Positions 37,497 to 47,056 of a DNA stretch of 64,000 nucleotides are shown here, one piece after another. The DNA lies in contig CAZXCE010000001.1 of NCBI GenBank assembly GCA_964639175.1, positions 2,188 through 66,187 of the forward strand, read 5' to 3'. How positions within the stretch are numbered: the first letter of the stretch is position 1; each line of letters starts with the position of its first letter. The notes below the pieces were generated by a model. It worked only from the letters and a program-made list of their open reading frames with translations. It was not told where the DNA came from and ran no database searches. The position numbers were made by a program, and so were the translations under genes. Source of the DNA: an uncultured Clostridia bacterium. GTDB lineage: Bacteria > Acidobacteriota > Blastocatellia > Chloracidobacteriales > Chloracidobacteriaceae.

Positions 37497-38960
37497 TCAT
37501 TTCAATCCGTTGAGATAACCGATGAGAGACTTCATTTCATCATCGGAGAGGTTAATTGGTGACATCCCACCCGCCCGCATTGCCTGTGTAGGTTGTTTGA
37601 TTAAGATAATGAGCTGTTCGGAAGCATACTTGCTGCCGATCCCAACCAGAGCTGGGCCTGCAGGAGTGCCCCTTCCGTTGTCACCGTGACACATATTGCA
37701 CGAATTTGTTTCGTAGAGCGACTTTCCTTGCATCAGTTGCCGATCTGGTGATATTACAGTTCCTCCAGGCGATGAATTTTTGGTCACTTCGGGCTCAAAC
37801 GGAGATTGCATAAATCGGTCAGTTTCCTGGTGTTGTTTGGCAATCTGCGAAGCCACATTAGGATCTTTATCATCTAGATAACTGAGTATTCCGAGACCAA
37901 TCAAAGCAAGGATAATCACTGAAAAGACACTTACCGCTAAAGGTCTTTTCCATGGGCGGCGCTCTGGTTTTCGATCAAAGAATGGGAGACTAGCTACCAG
38001 CGTGCTCAAAAGACTTGGAATGACTAGAATGCCGAGGATGGCCCAACGCCCATTCCAATATTTGAGCCATTGAAACATTGGGGTGTAGTACCATTCAGGG
38101 CGCGGAAGATATTGAGTATCGGCTGGGTTCGCTTTTGGTCCTAATTCAACCGGTTTAAAATGAGCCAGTAAGCCTAAAGCAATGATCAAGATCAAAGCAA
38201 ATCCCAAATCCATGAAGATCTGTCGAGTATAAAACTTCTCGGTTGGCTGGTGAGGCTGGATTGGGTCTGCGTTGATTGGTCCGGCGGCTCCTGCTTTACG
38301 GAACAGATATACGTGAATTGCAATCAAACCAAAAATAAGCCCTGGAATTAAAAGAATGTGAGCTACAAAGAACCGTGAAACCGTCAGGGTGCCCATTTCT
38401 GCTCCACCTCTGACCAATCGTTTGAGCAATTCACCAACCAGCGGGATTTCGGAAATGATGTTCGTCCCGACCGCCGTGGCAAAGTAAGCTTTTTGATCCC
38501 ACGGCAAGAGATAGCCTGTAAACGCCATTCCAATCATCAGCACAGCGAGAAAACAGCCAGATACCCAAAGCAACTCACGTCGCCCTTTGTAAGAACCAAA
38601 GAGGAATACCTGGGAAAAATGCATCATTAAGACAATCACAATTACACTTGATCCATACGAATGAACACTCCGCAATAAAGAACCAGCAGTTACTTCTTTC
38701 GTAATATACGCCACTGTCGTGTGAGCATGATCTGCGGAAGGAACATAATAAAGTGTCAGGAAGACACCAGTAATGACCTGGGATAGAAAAAGAAACAGCA
38801 ACCCGGAGCCGAAAACATAGGCCCACCGGGCTCCACCAGGAATCGGCTCGTCTAGTGATTTTTTCAGCAACGAATTGATCCCGGTGCGTTGATCCAGCCA
38901 ATTTAACACCTGGCGATGCCATTGTTTTTCAGGAATGTCAACATCGTATGAGTTATCCAT
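37497..38960 (-). CDS. Cytochrome b fused to a C-terminal mono-heme cytochrome c domain
   Basis: The N-terminal cytochrome b/b6 pattern has conserved His-containing helices (FLTLYYVPSADHAHTTVAYI..., SVHSYGSSVIVIVLMMH). The C-terminal domain carries CNMCHG. Confidence 0.85.
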   Translation of the reverse strand: MDNSYDVDIPEKQWHRQVLNWLDQRTGINSLLKKSLDEPIPGGARWAYVFGSGLLFLFLSQVITGVFLTLYYVPSADHAHTTVAYITKEVTAGSLLRSVHSYGSSVIVIVLMMHFSQVFLFGSYKGRRELLWVSGCFLAVLMIGMAFTGYLLPWDQKAYFATAVGTNIISEIPLVGELLKRLVRGGAEMGTLTVSRFFVAHILLIPGLIFGLIAIHVYLFRKAGAAGPINADPIQPHQPTEKFYTRQIFMDLGFALILIIALGLLAHFKPVELGPKANPADTQYLPRPEWYYTPMFQWLKYWNGRWAILGILVIPSLLSTLVASLPFFDRKPERRPWKRPLAVSVFSVIILALIGLGILSYLDDKDPNVASQIAKQHQETDRFMQSPFEPEVTKNSSPGGTVISPDRQLMQGKSLYETNSCNMCHGDNGRGTPAGPALVGIGSKYASEQLIILIKQPTQAMRAGGMSPINLSDDEMKSLIGYLNGLK

Positions 38961-38981
38961 AGCAATGCTCTTGGAAAGATT

Positions 38982-39587
38982 TTAAGCAATAACTTCTTTG
39001 TTTGAAACGAGTTGTCTGAAATACTGATAACGGACTTTTAAATGTCCGCCTTCAATCGTGGTTTCCAATTCATCCATGCTCCGTGGTGGTGGACCTGCGA
39101 TACGTATTCCATCTGAATCGAAAACACCATTATGGCAAGGACTGATAAATTGCCGCTTTGTCTCATTCCATCCAACTGTACATCCCAGATGGGGACAAAC
39201 TGCAGATAATACGCGCAACCTTTCATCTGCACCTTTGATAACATAGACGGATTTCTCTGAAACCACGCTACGCCACCCGTCACGTTGCTCTACGGTAATA
39301 ACTTGTTTGAGAGGTGTTGTCAGATTAGAAAAGGACTCCACCGGGCCAAGATCCGACCAGCCTGTTTCTGTGGTCTGGGCAAAGGCTGGATAAAGTGAGA
39401 ACCGGGCAAGCGGCACAAACAGTAAGGCTGTGACGCCTGCGGTTCCGATTCCCAGTAAGGCACCTAGAAAAGACCGTCTCCCCGAATGGCTTGCATCGGT
39501 ATCCTGGTCTTCAGTGTCTGAGTAAGCCACCAATGATGCTAATTCATCCTGAAAGAGCGGTTTGGTTGGTTGGTCCTCATTGTACAT
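38982..39587 (-). CDS. Rieske [2Fe-2S] protein
   Basis: CPHLGC...CHNGVF boxes. The ATG at 39587 is preceded by a GGGAG RBS; the ORF extends to 39611. Confidence 0.9.
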   Translation of the reverse strand: MYNEDQPTKPLFQDELASLVAYSDTEDQDTDASHSGRRSFLGALLGIGTAGVTALLFVPLARFSLYPAFAQTTETGWSDLGPVESFSNLTTPLKQVITVEQRDGWRSVVSEKSVYVIKGADERLRVLSAVCPHLGCTVGWNETKRQFISPCHNGVFDSDGIRIAGPPPRSMDELETTIEGGHLKVRYQYFRQLVSNKEVIA

Positions 39588-39618
39588 GGTAGTTTCTCCC
39601 TTTAAAAACATTACAAAC

Positions 39619-39972
39619 TCACCCTTTTTTAGCGAGTTGCCGAATAAATATTACCAGATCAGTAACCTGTTCTTTGTTCAGGTTTTTTTCGAAGGGAGGC
39701 ATTTTCCCTTTACCTTTGGTGATGATTGCCGCTAGTTGTGCGTTAGACTGTCTTTGGACTTCACCAGAACGTAGATCTCGTACTTTGAACTGCTGGCCGA
39801 CCGGGGTTTGGCCACTTCCATCTGCCCCGTGGCATAAAATACAGTTTGTTTTGAAGATGGTTTGCCCCTGAGCCGAAGCTTTCGCCTTCGGCTGTGAGTA
39901 TACGGAGGTAAAAATCACCATCATCCCTAAAAAGAAAACTCCTGTAAGTGTCAATTGCCTGGTAGATCGCAT
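39619..39972 (-). CDS. Mono-heme class I cytochrome c
   Basis: Signal peptide, CILCHGADGSG, and a distal Met in KGKGKMPPF. Confidence 0.85.
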   Translation of the reverse strand: MRSTRQLTLTGVFFLGMMVIFTSVYSQPKAKASAQGQTIFKTNCILCHGADGSGQTPVGQQFKVRDLRSGEVQRQSNAQLAAIITKGKGKMPPFEKNLNKEQVTDLVIFIRQLAKKG

Positions 39973-39995
39973 ACAAAAACCTCCATGCCATAGCT

Positions 39996-42038
39996 TTAAA
40001 AGTTGAGTTGCCAGCCAATTCGATAGCGATTCGTTGTTTCAATTCCCGTAAGATGTTGGTACTCAAAGGACATACGGGTGTATCTCGTGGGATCCCAAAG
40101 TACTCCGAAGGTTTTGCCACGGAGCGTGTTATCGGCAAGTAAAGTTGTTGGGCGAAACTGATCATAGCGTGCAAACAGGCTCAAATGCTTCGCGATAGGG
40201 GTCGTATCCACTTCGAAGAAGTATCCATACCCACGACTGCGTTGTTCCGCCTCAATTCCCAAGAAACGGCTATCACGTAGCAGCGAAAGCCCAAAAATAA
40301 GGTTGCAACGCTCAAAATTTTTCCCATCCTCAAATGTTTTATTGGCGAAGATCGAGTACCGCTGAAATCGAACAGCCCCTTGAGGCACATCACCAGTTGA
40401 GAACGGTGTATGTCCCCCAGAAAACTCGAACTGCAACCCGCTCAGCCCCTTTTTCCCAAGCACTTGCTCATACACAAAGCCGTAATTCCGGGAACGGCGA
40501 AATTCTGGAAACAGGGGTTCTTCCTCAAAACGAGAAGTTCCATTTGCAATTCGTTTCGATTCTCCTTCGGTACCTTCATCCACTTCGATTTCTGATTCAG
40601 GGGCTTCATTATAATTGCCAAAAATTTTAAAGGTAGTGGTGCCGCGCCAGGTATATTCAAGCGAGACTCCACGTCCCAGCCCAGCCGGATTAAACCCGTT
40701 AGATGGCTGAAAGATAAATGGAAGTGTCTCCGTTAATCCTCGATCAGTTCCAGCGAATCCAGCGTTGCGTAGATTAAAAAGTTGACCGAAGCGCACTTGA
40801 GAAAAGGTATGTGCGTTCCCAAAATTAACCAACCCCTGCGCCATCTCGAACTTCTTTCCGAACCCTTCTTCTTCGCTGAGGGGAATGGGCTGGACAAAAA
40901 ACGAGAAGTATTGTCCTACTGGACCCGCTGCATAAAAGATTAAATCCCGCCGTTCGTAGGTTGTTGTGGTTTTCCTGTTGGCATTTTCGATTTCAATTCC
41001 AGGCAAATAAGAGACAGCCAGGTAATCAGCAAGACGTGCTTTTGTAGGTTCAAATTCACCACCAACCGGCAAAGTCAGCAAAAAATCAGCAATCTGCTCA
41101 ATTTGTTCCGGAGTGGCATTTGTCGGTGGCATGATTGCAGATTGAGCGATGTGCTCATCTGGCAACTGTTGCGTATGTAACTGGGGTGTGGTGATATGGC
41201 CAACGAGAAATCTCCGCCCTCGCCGAGCCCCAATTCCATCGAGTTTGGGTCCGAATTGCCCACCGATTCCACCAATAGTGTGACAAGAAGCACAACCAAG
41301 TTCATAGTAGGCTTTTTTTCCAGCCAGACTGGATTCGGTTTCAGGAGCTGGTGAATAGTTCTTAGCATCCAGCAGTTTGTCATCCACTTGGCCAAGTTGA
41401 TGGGGTGAAACACGGAACCCGCCTGACGGTTCAGGTAAGGTAAGTAAATAAGCTACCAGCATCACCACTTCTTCAAGTGTTGCGTGAGGATGAGGCATGA
41501 GATTGGGTCGCTTACCGTGCAGGTCAGGAAATTTCTTTACGTGTTCTTCTGGATCGGTGATGTGTGCCAGGAGAAAGTTCACATCACGGCGGCCACCAAT
41601 CCCATCCATTGGTGGACCAAGCCGGCCACCAACTCCACCAATTGTGTGGCAACTGGCGCAGGAAAGGGTTTTATAAACAGTTTTTCCCCTTTCACTTTCA
41701 GGAGTTGAGGGTTTCGGTTTATATCCAGTTGGTACAATAACAAGTGGGTATTGAGTGTTTTGAGAGTTTCTCATTATACCTGGCTGGAGTGGTTGGAGTT
41801 CTTTCTGTTTAGCGTCCACTTCTTTAGGAAGCCGGTATCCTAATCGCTTAAATTCATACCCGGTGCGGTTCAAACGCGGATAGGTTGTATGACAGAGGGT
41901 ACAATCTGCTTTGTATTTGCGTGCCCATGAAGGTTGAGCTTTGACTTTAAAACCAATTCCCCACCAATTTTCAAACCCAGAAGCAATTCCTAGAAGAATT
42001 CCTAAGAGGATGGGAATAACTTTTATAGAGCTACTCAT
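39996..42038 (-). CDS. Tri-heme c-type cytochrome fused to a C-terminal beta-barrel-like domain
   Basis: Signal peptide. CTLCH near the N-terminus. Two tandem homologous cytochrome c domains (CASCHTIGGVGGRLGPPMDGIG..., CASCHTIGGIGGQFGPKLDGIG...). A ~330-aa C-terminal region has alternating beta-strand-like segments and ends ...YRIGWQLNF, a terminal aromatic residue as in outer-membrane proteins. Confidence 0.75.
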   Translation of the reverse strand: MSSSIKVIPILLGILLGIASGFENWWGIGFKVKAQPSWARKYKADCTLCHTTYPRLNRTGYEFKRLGYRLPKEVDAKQKELQPLQPGIMRNSQNTQYPLVIVPTGYKPKPSTPESERGKTVYKTLSCASCHTIGGVGGRLGPPMDGIGGRRDVNFLLAHITDPEEHVKKFPDLHGKRPNLMPHPHATLEEVVMLVAYLLTLPEPSGGFRVSPHQLGQVDDKLLDAKNYSPAPETESSLAGKKAYYELGCASCHTIGGIGGQFGPKLDGIGARRGRRFLVGHITTPQLHTQQLPDEHIAQSAIMPPTNATPEQIEQIADFLLTLPVGGEFEPTKARLADYLAVSYLPGIEIENANRKTTTTYERRDLIFYAAGPVGQYFSFFVQPIPLSEEEGFGKKFEMAQGLVNFGNAHTFSQVRFGQLFNLRNAGFAGTDRGLTETLPFIFQPSNGFNPAGLGRGVSLEYTWRGTTTFKIFGNYNEAPESEIEVDEGTEGESKRIANGTSRFEEEPLFPEFRRSRNYGFVYEQVLGKKGLSGLQFEFSGGHTPFSTGDVPQGAVRFQRYSIFANKTFEDGKNFERCNLIFGLSLLRDSRFLGIEAEQRSRGYGYFFEVDTTPIAKHLSLFARYDQFRPTTLLADNTLRGKTFGVLWDPTRYTRMSFEYQHLTGIETTNRYRIGWQLNF

Positions 42039-42085
42039 TTTTACCTCCAGTCATTTGCTATAGGAGCAACAACCTATTTGAAAAA

Positions 42086-42122
42086 CCTCTTCAGAAGATT
42101 CCATCATAATCTTCTGAAGAGG
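42086..42122. promoter_or_regulatory. Perfect 15-bp-arm palindrome (hairpin or operator) in a divergent intergenic region
   Basis: cctcttcagaagatt-ccatcat-aatcttctgaagagg. On the minus strand it is followed by TTTTTCAAA, so it could also act as an intrinsic terminator/attenuator 47 nt upstream of the 42038 start codon. Confidence 0.5.
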
Positions 42123-42234
42123 GAGTAAACGCGCAGAGTAAGTATCTCTGAACCGGAGATACACCGTTCAAGAAAGCAATCGTTGTGCCAGTCTTACTTT
42201 GTGAGGAATAAAGGAGTTACAGGTATCAATTTTT

Positions 42235-42265
42235 CAGTTACTGTCTGTCCTGCAGACAGTAACTG
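42235..42265. promoter_or_regulatory. Perfect 13-bp-arm palindrome, candidate enhancer (UAS) for the sigma-54 promoter
   Basis: cagttactgtctg-tcctg-cagacagtaactg. Centred ~108 bp upstream of the -24 element at 42358. Followed by TTTGTT on the plus strand. Confidence 0.45.
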
Positions 42266-42356
42266 TTTGTTCAGCAAACAATTCAGTCCATTTATTTGCA
42301 GGAGAGCATAGATTGAACTCTATCAAAACAGGTGACTTAGAGGTAAATCAAATGTG

Positions 42357-42373
42357 TGGCATAAGATTTGCAT
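42357..42373 (+). promoter_or_regulatory. Sigma-54 (-24/-12) promoter
   Basis: TGGCATaagatTTGCAT compared with the consensus TGGCAC-N5-TTGCA. GG and GC have the correct 10-nt spacing. Lies ~125 nt upstream of the ATG at 42497, and a sigma-54 activator is encoded in the window. Confidence 0.6.
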
Positions 42374-42496
42374 CCGTAGAGGCACTGAAGGCTGTTCATT
42401 CAAAATGTTTTTGGGAATTCCCGATGAAATCTCGAAAACTAAAGTTGATTTCCAGTCTTTATTAACCAGGAACTTTGCAATGAGGGGTCTGTGCCA

Positions 42497-43135
42497 ATGA
42501 ATTCGATGAGAAAGTTAATGGCCTGGGTTATAGTGCTGACTTTTTCTTTAACGCCACAAATTGTTTTGGGGCATGGAGGAGAAGATCATGGAGACTCAAA
42601 ACCAGTCGTCACCAAAAGCGGGATGACCGCACAACTGGCTAGTAGTGAAGAACTTGAGGTGTTGTTAAAGTATCCCCGTTTGATAAGTGGTCAGGAAGGT
42701 CGGTTGTTGATTTTCGTGACTGAAATTCAAACAAATGCGCCACGTACAGGGCTGTCCTTAGAACTGAGGGTCTCCCCAGAAAAAACAGTGCAGGCCACCA
42801 ATTTCATACCGACAGTACAGGCTGCTTCAGATGATGTGTTGAAGGCGAGTGCAACTTCCGTACCGGGGATGTACGAAGTGACTTATTTGCCAAATCAGGC
42901 TGGAAAATTTCAAATGGTGGCACACCTCAAAGGCAACTCATTCGAAGAAACCATTACATTTTCGGGGGTACCAGTTGCCTCTGTACTCATGAACCCAAAG
43001 GAAACAGCAAAACCGGCCTGGAGGACGGTCAGTGGGGCCGCAGGGTTAGTCGTGCTTGCAGGGATTGGAGGGGTGTGGTTGATCTGGAGTCGCCGCAGAA
43101 AGAAATCAGTTTTATCTTCAAACTACGATTTGTAA
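42497..43135 (+). CDS. Secreted, C-terminally anchored Ig-like protein with an HGGEDHG motif at the predicted mature N-terminus
   Basis: Signal peptide MNSMRKLMAWVIVLTFSLTPQIVLG then HGGEDHGDSKP. Beta-rich domain (GMYEVTYLPNQAGKFQMVAHL). C-terminal TM helix plus RRRKK. GAGGGG RBS 9 nt upstream. Confidence 0.7.
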   Translation: MNSMRKLMAWVIVLTFSLTPQIVLGHGGEDHGDSKPVVTKSGMTAQLASSEELEVLLKYPRLISGQEGRLLIFVTEIQTNAPRTGLSLELRVSPEKTVQATNFIPTVQAASDDVLKASATSVPGMYEVTYLPNQAGKFQMVAHLKGNSFEETITFSGVPVASVLMNPKETAKPAWRTVSGAAGLVVLAGIGGVWLIWSRRRKKSVLSSNYDL

Positions 43136-43214
43136 TCAAGTTTGCAAGTAAACTCACCAATCAGACTCAGTGTCTTTTTTGATACTGAAAAAAATCCAGG
43201 CAGGAGATATGTAT

Positions 43215-43625
43215 ATGAGTGAAACTTTTCCTCAAAGGGTTCAAGATGAAAGTAGAATCATTCTCCTGGTAGATGACGATTTTTCCATGCGAAAAGTTGC
43301 TGGCGCTGTTTTGGAGATGAATGGATATTGTGTGTTGAGCGCGAGCAATGGCGCTGAGGCGCTCTTGATTTATCAGAAACATCAAAAGCAAATTGACCTA
43401 ATGATTACTGACTGGTCAATGCCTGTAATGGATGGGAAAACTTGTATTCAGGAAATTAGAAAAGTGAATTTGAAGATCCCCATTATCCTGGTCACAGCGA
43501 GCCTGGAAGAGATTCGTGATATTGGAATGAAGGAGTTGAGTATTCAAGCCCTGTTGGGGAAACCCTTTACTCAATTCGACTTCCTCAAAACTGTGAGACT
43601 TGCGCTTGAGTCAAGTGACAGGTAA
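43215..43625 (+). CDS. Stand-alone receiver-domain response regulator (CheY-like)
   Basis: ILLVDDDFSMRKV...DLMITDWSMPVMDG...PIILVTAS...KPF. AGGAGA RBS precedes the ATG at 43215. Confidence 0.85.
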   Translation: MSETFPQRVQDESRIILLVDDDFSMRKVAGAVLEMNGYCVLSASNGAEALLIYQKHQKQIDLMITDWSMPVMDGKTCIQEIRKVNLKIPIILVTASLEEIRDIGMKELSIQALLGKPFTQFDFLKTVRLALESSDR

Positions 43626-43640
43626 CTTCTGGAGAAAAAT

Positions 43641-44300
43641 GTGAGTCATCAACGTCATACCTTTATCCGGGCACTCAAATTTGATTTCTTGACACCATTC
43701 TACGACTCAGTTGTGAGCTGGGCCTTACCTGAAATGACGATAAAGCGTCATCTTGTCAAACAAGCAGGTATCCAAAACGGACACCTGGTACTGGATCTTG
43801 GTTGTGGAACAGCCACCTTGACGGTATTGATCAAACAACTTCACCCTGAGGCAGTTGTCTATGGGTTGGATGGTGATCACAAGGTTTTAAAACTCGCCCA
43901 ATCCAAAATTTCTTCAGTCCACCTTGATATTCAATTAGTGAACGGGCTGGTTACGAAGATTCAGTTTCCCAATAACTATTTTGACGAAGTGCTTTCAAGC
44001 CTGGTTTTTCATCATTTGTCTCTTGAAGCGAAAGAACTTGCCCTACAGGAAATATTTCGAGTCATCAAACCAGGAGGAAGTCTCCATATTGCTGACTGGG
44101 GAAAACCGAAAAACGGGCGAATGCGTGCTGCCTTTCTTCTGGTGCAATTTCTAGATGGGTTTAAAACCACCACTGATAACGTAAAGGGAATCCTACCCGA
44201 ATTGATGACAAAGACCGGGTTTGAAGACATCCAGACAACCGCTGATTACACGACTCTTTTGGGGACACTTTCTTTGTACAGCGGGCGAAAACCCAAATAA
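43641..44300 (+). CDS. Class I SAM-dependent methyltransferase
   Basis: Motif I VLDLGCGTATLT. Post-I VYGLDGD. IKPGGSLHIADW. GTG start. Confidence 0.85.
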   Translation: MSHQRHTFIRALKFDFLTPFYDSVVSWALPEMTIKRHLVKQAGIQNGHLVLDLGCGTATLTVLIKQLHPEAVVYGLDGDHKVLKLAQSKISSVHLDIQLVNGLVTKIQFPNNYFDEVLSSLVFHHLSLEAKELALQEIFRVIKPGGSLHIADWGKPKNGRMRAAFLLVQFLDGFKTTTDNVKGILPELMTKTGFEDIQTTADYTTLLGTLSLYSGRKPK

Positions 44301-44334
44301 GAACCGGAAAACAAGGCATTCAGGCATTGTAGCT

Positions 44335-45741
44335 ATGAAATTTTCCCGACAGATTTGGATCATTGGGGTATTTGTGATGGTGTACTGTATTTCATCGAAT
44401 CCCATCCAGGCACAGGTGGTGGTCCTTCAGGAACCGGTGGCGAACCAACCTCCGGCACATTCTGAACAGCCACTTCCCTCACTTCATGTGTTCGATTTAC
44501 CCAAGGCAGCGCAATATCTTGATCCTGTCAATGGATACACCCTTGATCAATTAACTGACTTGACGATTAAGGGAAGCTCAGCAATGGAGGCTGCACGTCA
44601 GGATATTGCCCGTGCAGAAGGGGAATTGCGCCAGGCTGGGTACAGACCCAACCCAACTTTTGATTTTGAAAGAACTCGAAATCCTGTTTCCGCCCCTGAA
44701 AACGGGTACGTGTTCGGTCTCACCTTGCCGTTTGAACTTGGACGGAAACGGCAGCGTCGGATTGAAGTTGCTCGCCTTGAACTCAATATTGCCCAAAAAA
44801 AACTAGCTGACACAGAACGTACGTTGCGAGCAGAAATCAAAAGTACTTATGGTGAGTTCGTCACGGCTATTGCAAACCTCCGGTTCACAGAAGAACTCTT
44901 TGACATCAATCAGGAGTTTTTTCGAGTCGTCCAGGCACGATTTGACGAGGGGGATGGCTCCGGCCTGGATCGAAATCTGTTACTGGTTGAAATCAACCGT
45001 CTTCAAACCGAACGTGTTTCAGCCCATCAGAATGTTACTGATTCCCTATTGCAATTGCGTCAATTCGTCCGGCTGGATCAGGATGAACCTCTCAAAGTGA
45101 GAGGGGTATTGGATACCACTCCAATCAGTGTGACACGCGAGGGAATGTTGCTGGCGGCTTCTATTGACCGACCGGACTTACAAGCTGCCCGGCTTCTTGA
45201 AGAAAAGTCGGAGTCAATGGTTCGGTTACAAAAATCGTCAAAGATCCCGAACCTCAATACCGTATTTCGATATTCGCTTGATAACTCATATTTTGATGAC
45301 TTTTTTGCATTTACCGAAACTGGACGGCTGGCGAATGTACGGGATAACGACAAATTGTTGACCCTGGGAGTTTCAATTGAACTTCCATTGTTCAATCGAA
45401 ACCAGGGTGCCATTTCAGCAGCAACGGCTCAGGTCTCTCAATCGCGAGCCCAACGGGAACTTTTGGAGCAAATCATTCGGCGCGAAGTCCAAACTGCGTT
45501 ATCACGGTATGAAAGTTCCATCCACAACCTTTCAATACTGACCCAATATGTTCTCCCAGGGGCACAGATGAATATCCAAACGCTTCGGGGAGCGTATGAA
45601 GCGGGTCAGTTGCGCCTGATTGATGTACTCAATGAACAACGCAAATTGATTGAGGTACAAAATGGGATCCGAAATGCACAATTAGCTGTCTTTCAGGCCC
45701 AAAATGACCTGGAGCGAGCAATAGGGAGACCTCTTCAATGA
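44335..45741 (+). CDS. TolC-family outer membrane efflux protein
   Basis: I prefer the ATG at 44335 (MKFSRQIWIIGVFVMVYCISSNPIQA, a signal peptide). OEP repeat pattern with NRNQGAISAATAQVSQSRAQRELLEQ. Confidence 0.88.
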   Translation: MKFSRQIWIIGVFVMVYCISSNPIQAQVVVLQEPVANQPPAHSEQPLPSLHVFDLPKAAQYLDPVNGYTLDQLTDLTIKGSSAMEAARQDIARAEGELRQAGYRPNPTFDFERTRNPVSAPENGYVFGLTLPFELGRKRQRRIEVARLELNIAQKKLADTERTLRAEIKSTYGEFVTAIANLRFTEELFDINQEFFRVVQARFDEGDGSGLDRNLLLVEINRLQTERVSAHQNVTDSLLQLRQFVRLDQDEPLKVRGVLDTTPISVTREGMLLAASIDRPDLQAARLLEEKSESMVRLQKSSKIPNLNTVFRYSLDNSYFDDFFAFTETGRLANVRDNDKLLTLGVSIELPLFNRNQGAISAATAQVSQSRAQRELLEQIIRREVQTALSRYESSIHNLSILTQYVLPGAQMNIQTLRGAYEAGQLRLIDVLNEQRKLIEVQNGIRNAQLAVFQAQNDLERAIGRPLQ

Positions 45742-45855
45742 TTCTCAATTCAAAGAGTAAATTCATACGGAACAAATAAAGAGTGTTCCTTGTCAAAATT
45801 TGTTGAAAATAAAGGACTTCCTTTATTCTTTAAAAGCCAATATCAGAGAGGTGTT

Positions 45856-46293
45856 ATGTCTAAAACAGGTCAACCAAGACGCTTTTTAAGTGTGGTTTTA
45901 TTGGTGGTAGCCAGCATGCTTGGATTGAGTTTTTTCATGAGTCCTTTGTCCAACCTGCATGCCCAAGAAAACAAATCCCAGGGACCCCCACCATCACCAG
46001 AAAAAGCTGAAGTGAGGATTGCGCAAACGGCTGAAGAACACGAGGCCAAGGCTGACCTGTATCAGAAGAAAATCCTTGAGTACCGCAAGGAAGTCGAAGA
46101 ACACCGTCTAATGTTAGCCAGGTACAAAAAGCAGGTTGCGCAAAACCCAAAACAGCCTTTTGAAGATTCCTATCTCAAAAAAATGCGACTGCATTGCGAG
46201 AAATATATCAACGCGGCGGAAGCCCTGATCCGAGAAGCAGAAAAAATGTCGGAATTTCACCGTCTTCGAGCTGCCGAAACAAGGGGTGAATAA
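45856..46293 (+). CDS. Secreted helical protein of unknown function
   Basis: Signal peptide MSKTGQPRRFLSVVLLVVASMLGLSFFMSPLSNLHA, followed by charged helices. RBS agagagg. No family recognised. Confidence 0.55.
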   Translation: MSKTGQPRRFLSVVLLVVASMLGLSFFMSPLSNLHAQENKSQGPPPSPEKAEVRIAQTAEEHEAKADLYQKKILEYRKEVEEHRLMLARYKKQVAQNPKQPFEDSYLKKMRLHCEKYINAAEALIREAEKMSEFHRLRAAETRGE

Positions 46294-46441
46294 CAAATAA
46301 GAATTTCAACCAGTAACTCCAAAATTGATTCAATCTAAAGGGTTTATAGACTTATTACACTTGCAAGCCATTTATTTTCAATCACCCAATGAAGATCTGA
46401 GTTTCAACTGCTCAATTTCTGAAAGGAAAAAGGAAGTTTAT

Positions 46442-47029
46442 ATGAGGCATGTCGTTCAAGTTTCTTTACTGTTTATCTTTTCAAACCTTGCATTTTCTTG
46501 CAATGCGGCGCCCTCACATACAGGAGCTGTCGCAACCACCCCGCCTGGTTCAGCAACTTCTCAGCCGGTCAAGTCTGAGCCAGGCGATGAAATCTCCCCT
46601 CCAATCAAATCAGCCTTAAAGATTGTATTTCCTCAGGCGGTTAGCTTCACGGAACAACATACTGATCATCACGATAGTGAGTTACATACCTATGTTGCCT
46701 TTGCGAATCAGGGAGGGAAGCGCACCACATTGGGAGTTGCCACGGTGGTTGATGTCAACAATGGGAAATACTTGCTGGCCGTTGATAACGAAATCAAGAT
46801 CATTCAGGTCGTAGTTATCCAAGGGAGCAGTATTGGCGAAATTGAAACTGATGCCTTTTTAGGTCAGTTCACTGGAAAAACCCATGACGACCCACTAAAA
46901 CTTGGAAAAGATATTCGGTTTAATGGAAAAGACAAAGCAATCGCTGAAGCATTGGTGAATGCAATCCGCCATGCGGCACAGGATCTCCAGGGGCTTTATG
47001 GCAAGGCCCATTCTCACCATTCTCACTAA
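46442..47029 (+). CDS. Lipoprotein with an FMN-binding-like fold pattern and a His-rich tail (function uncertain)
   Basis: Lipobox LAFSC. IIQVVVIQGSSIGEIETDAFLGQFTGKTHDDPL resembles FMN_bind domains, but I could not find the usual SGAT flavinylation motif. Ends KAHSHHSH. Confidence 0.55.
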   Translation: MRHVVQVSLLFIFSNLAFSCNAAPSHTGAVATTPPGSATSQPVKSEPGDEISPPIKSALKIVFPQAVSFTEQHTDHHDSELHTYVAFANQGGKRTTLGVATVVDVNNGKYLLAVDNEIKIIQVVVIQGSSIGEIETDAFLGQFTGKTHDDPLKLGKDIRFNGKDKAIAEALVNAIRHAAQDLQGLYGKAHSHHSH

Positions 47030-47056
47030 AGCGCTCATTTCCCGGAGACAGTAGGC

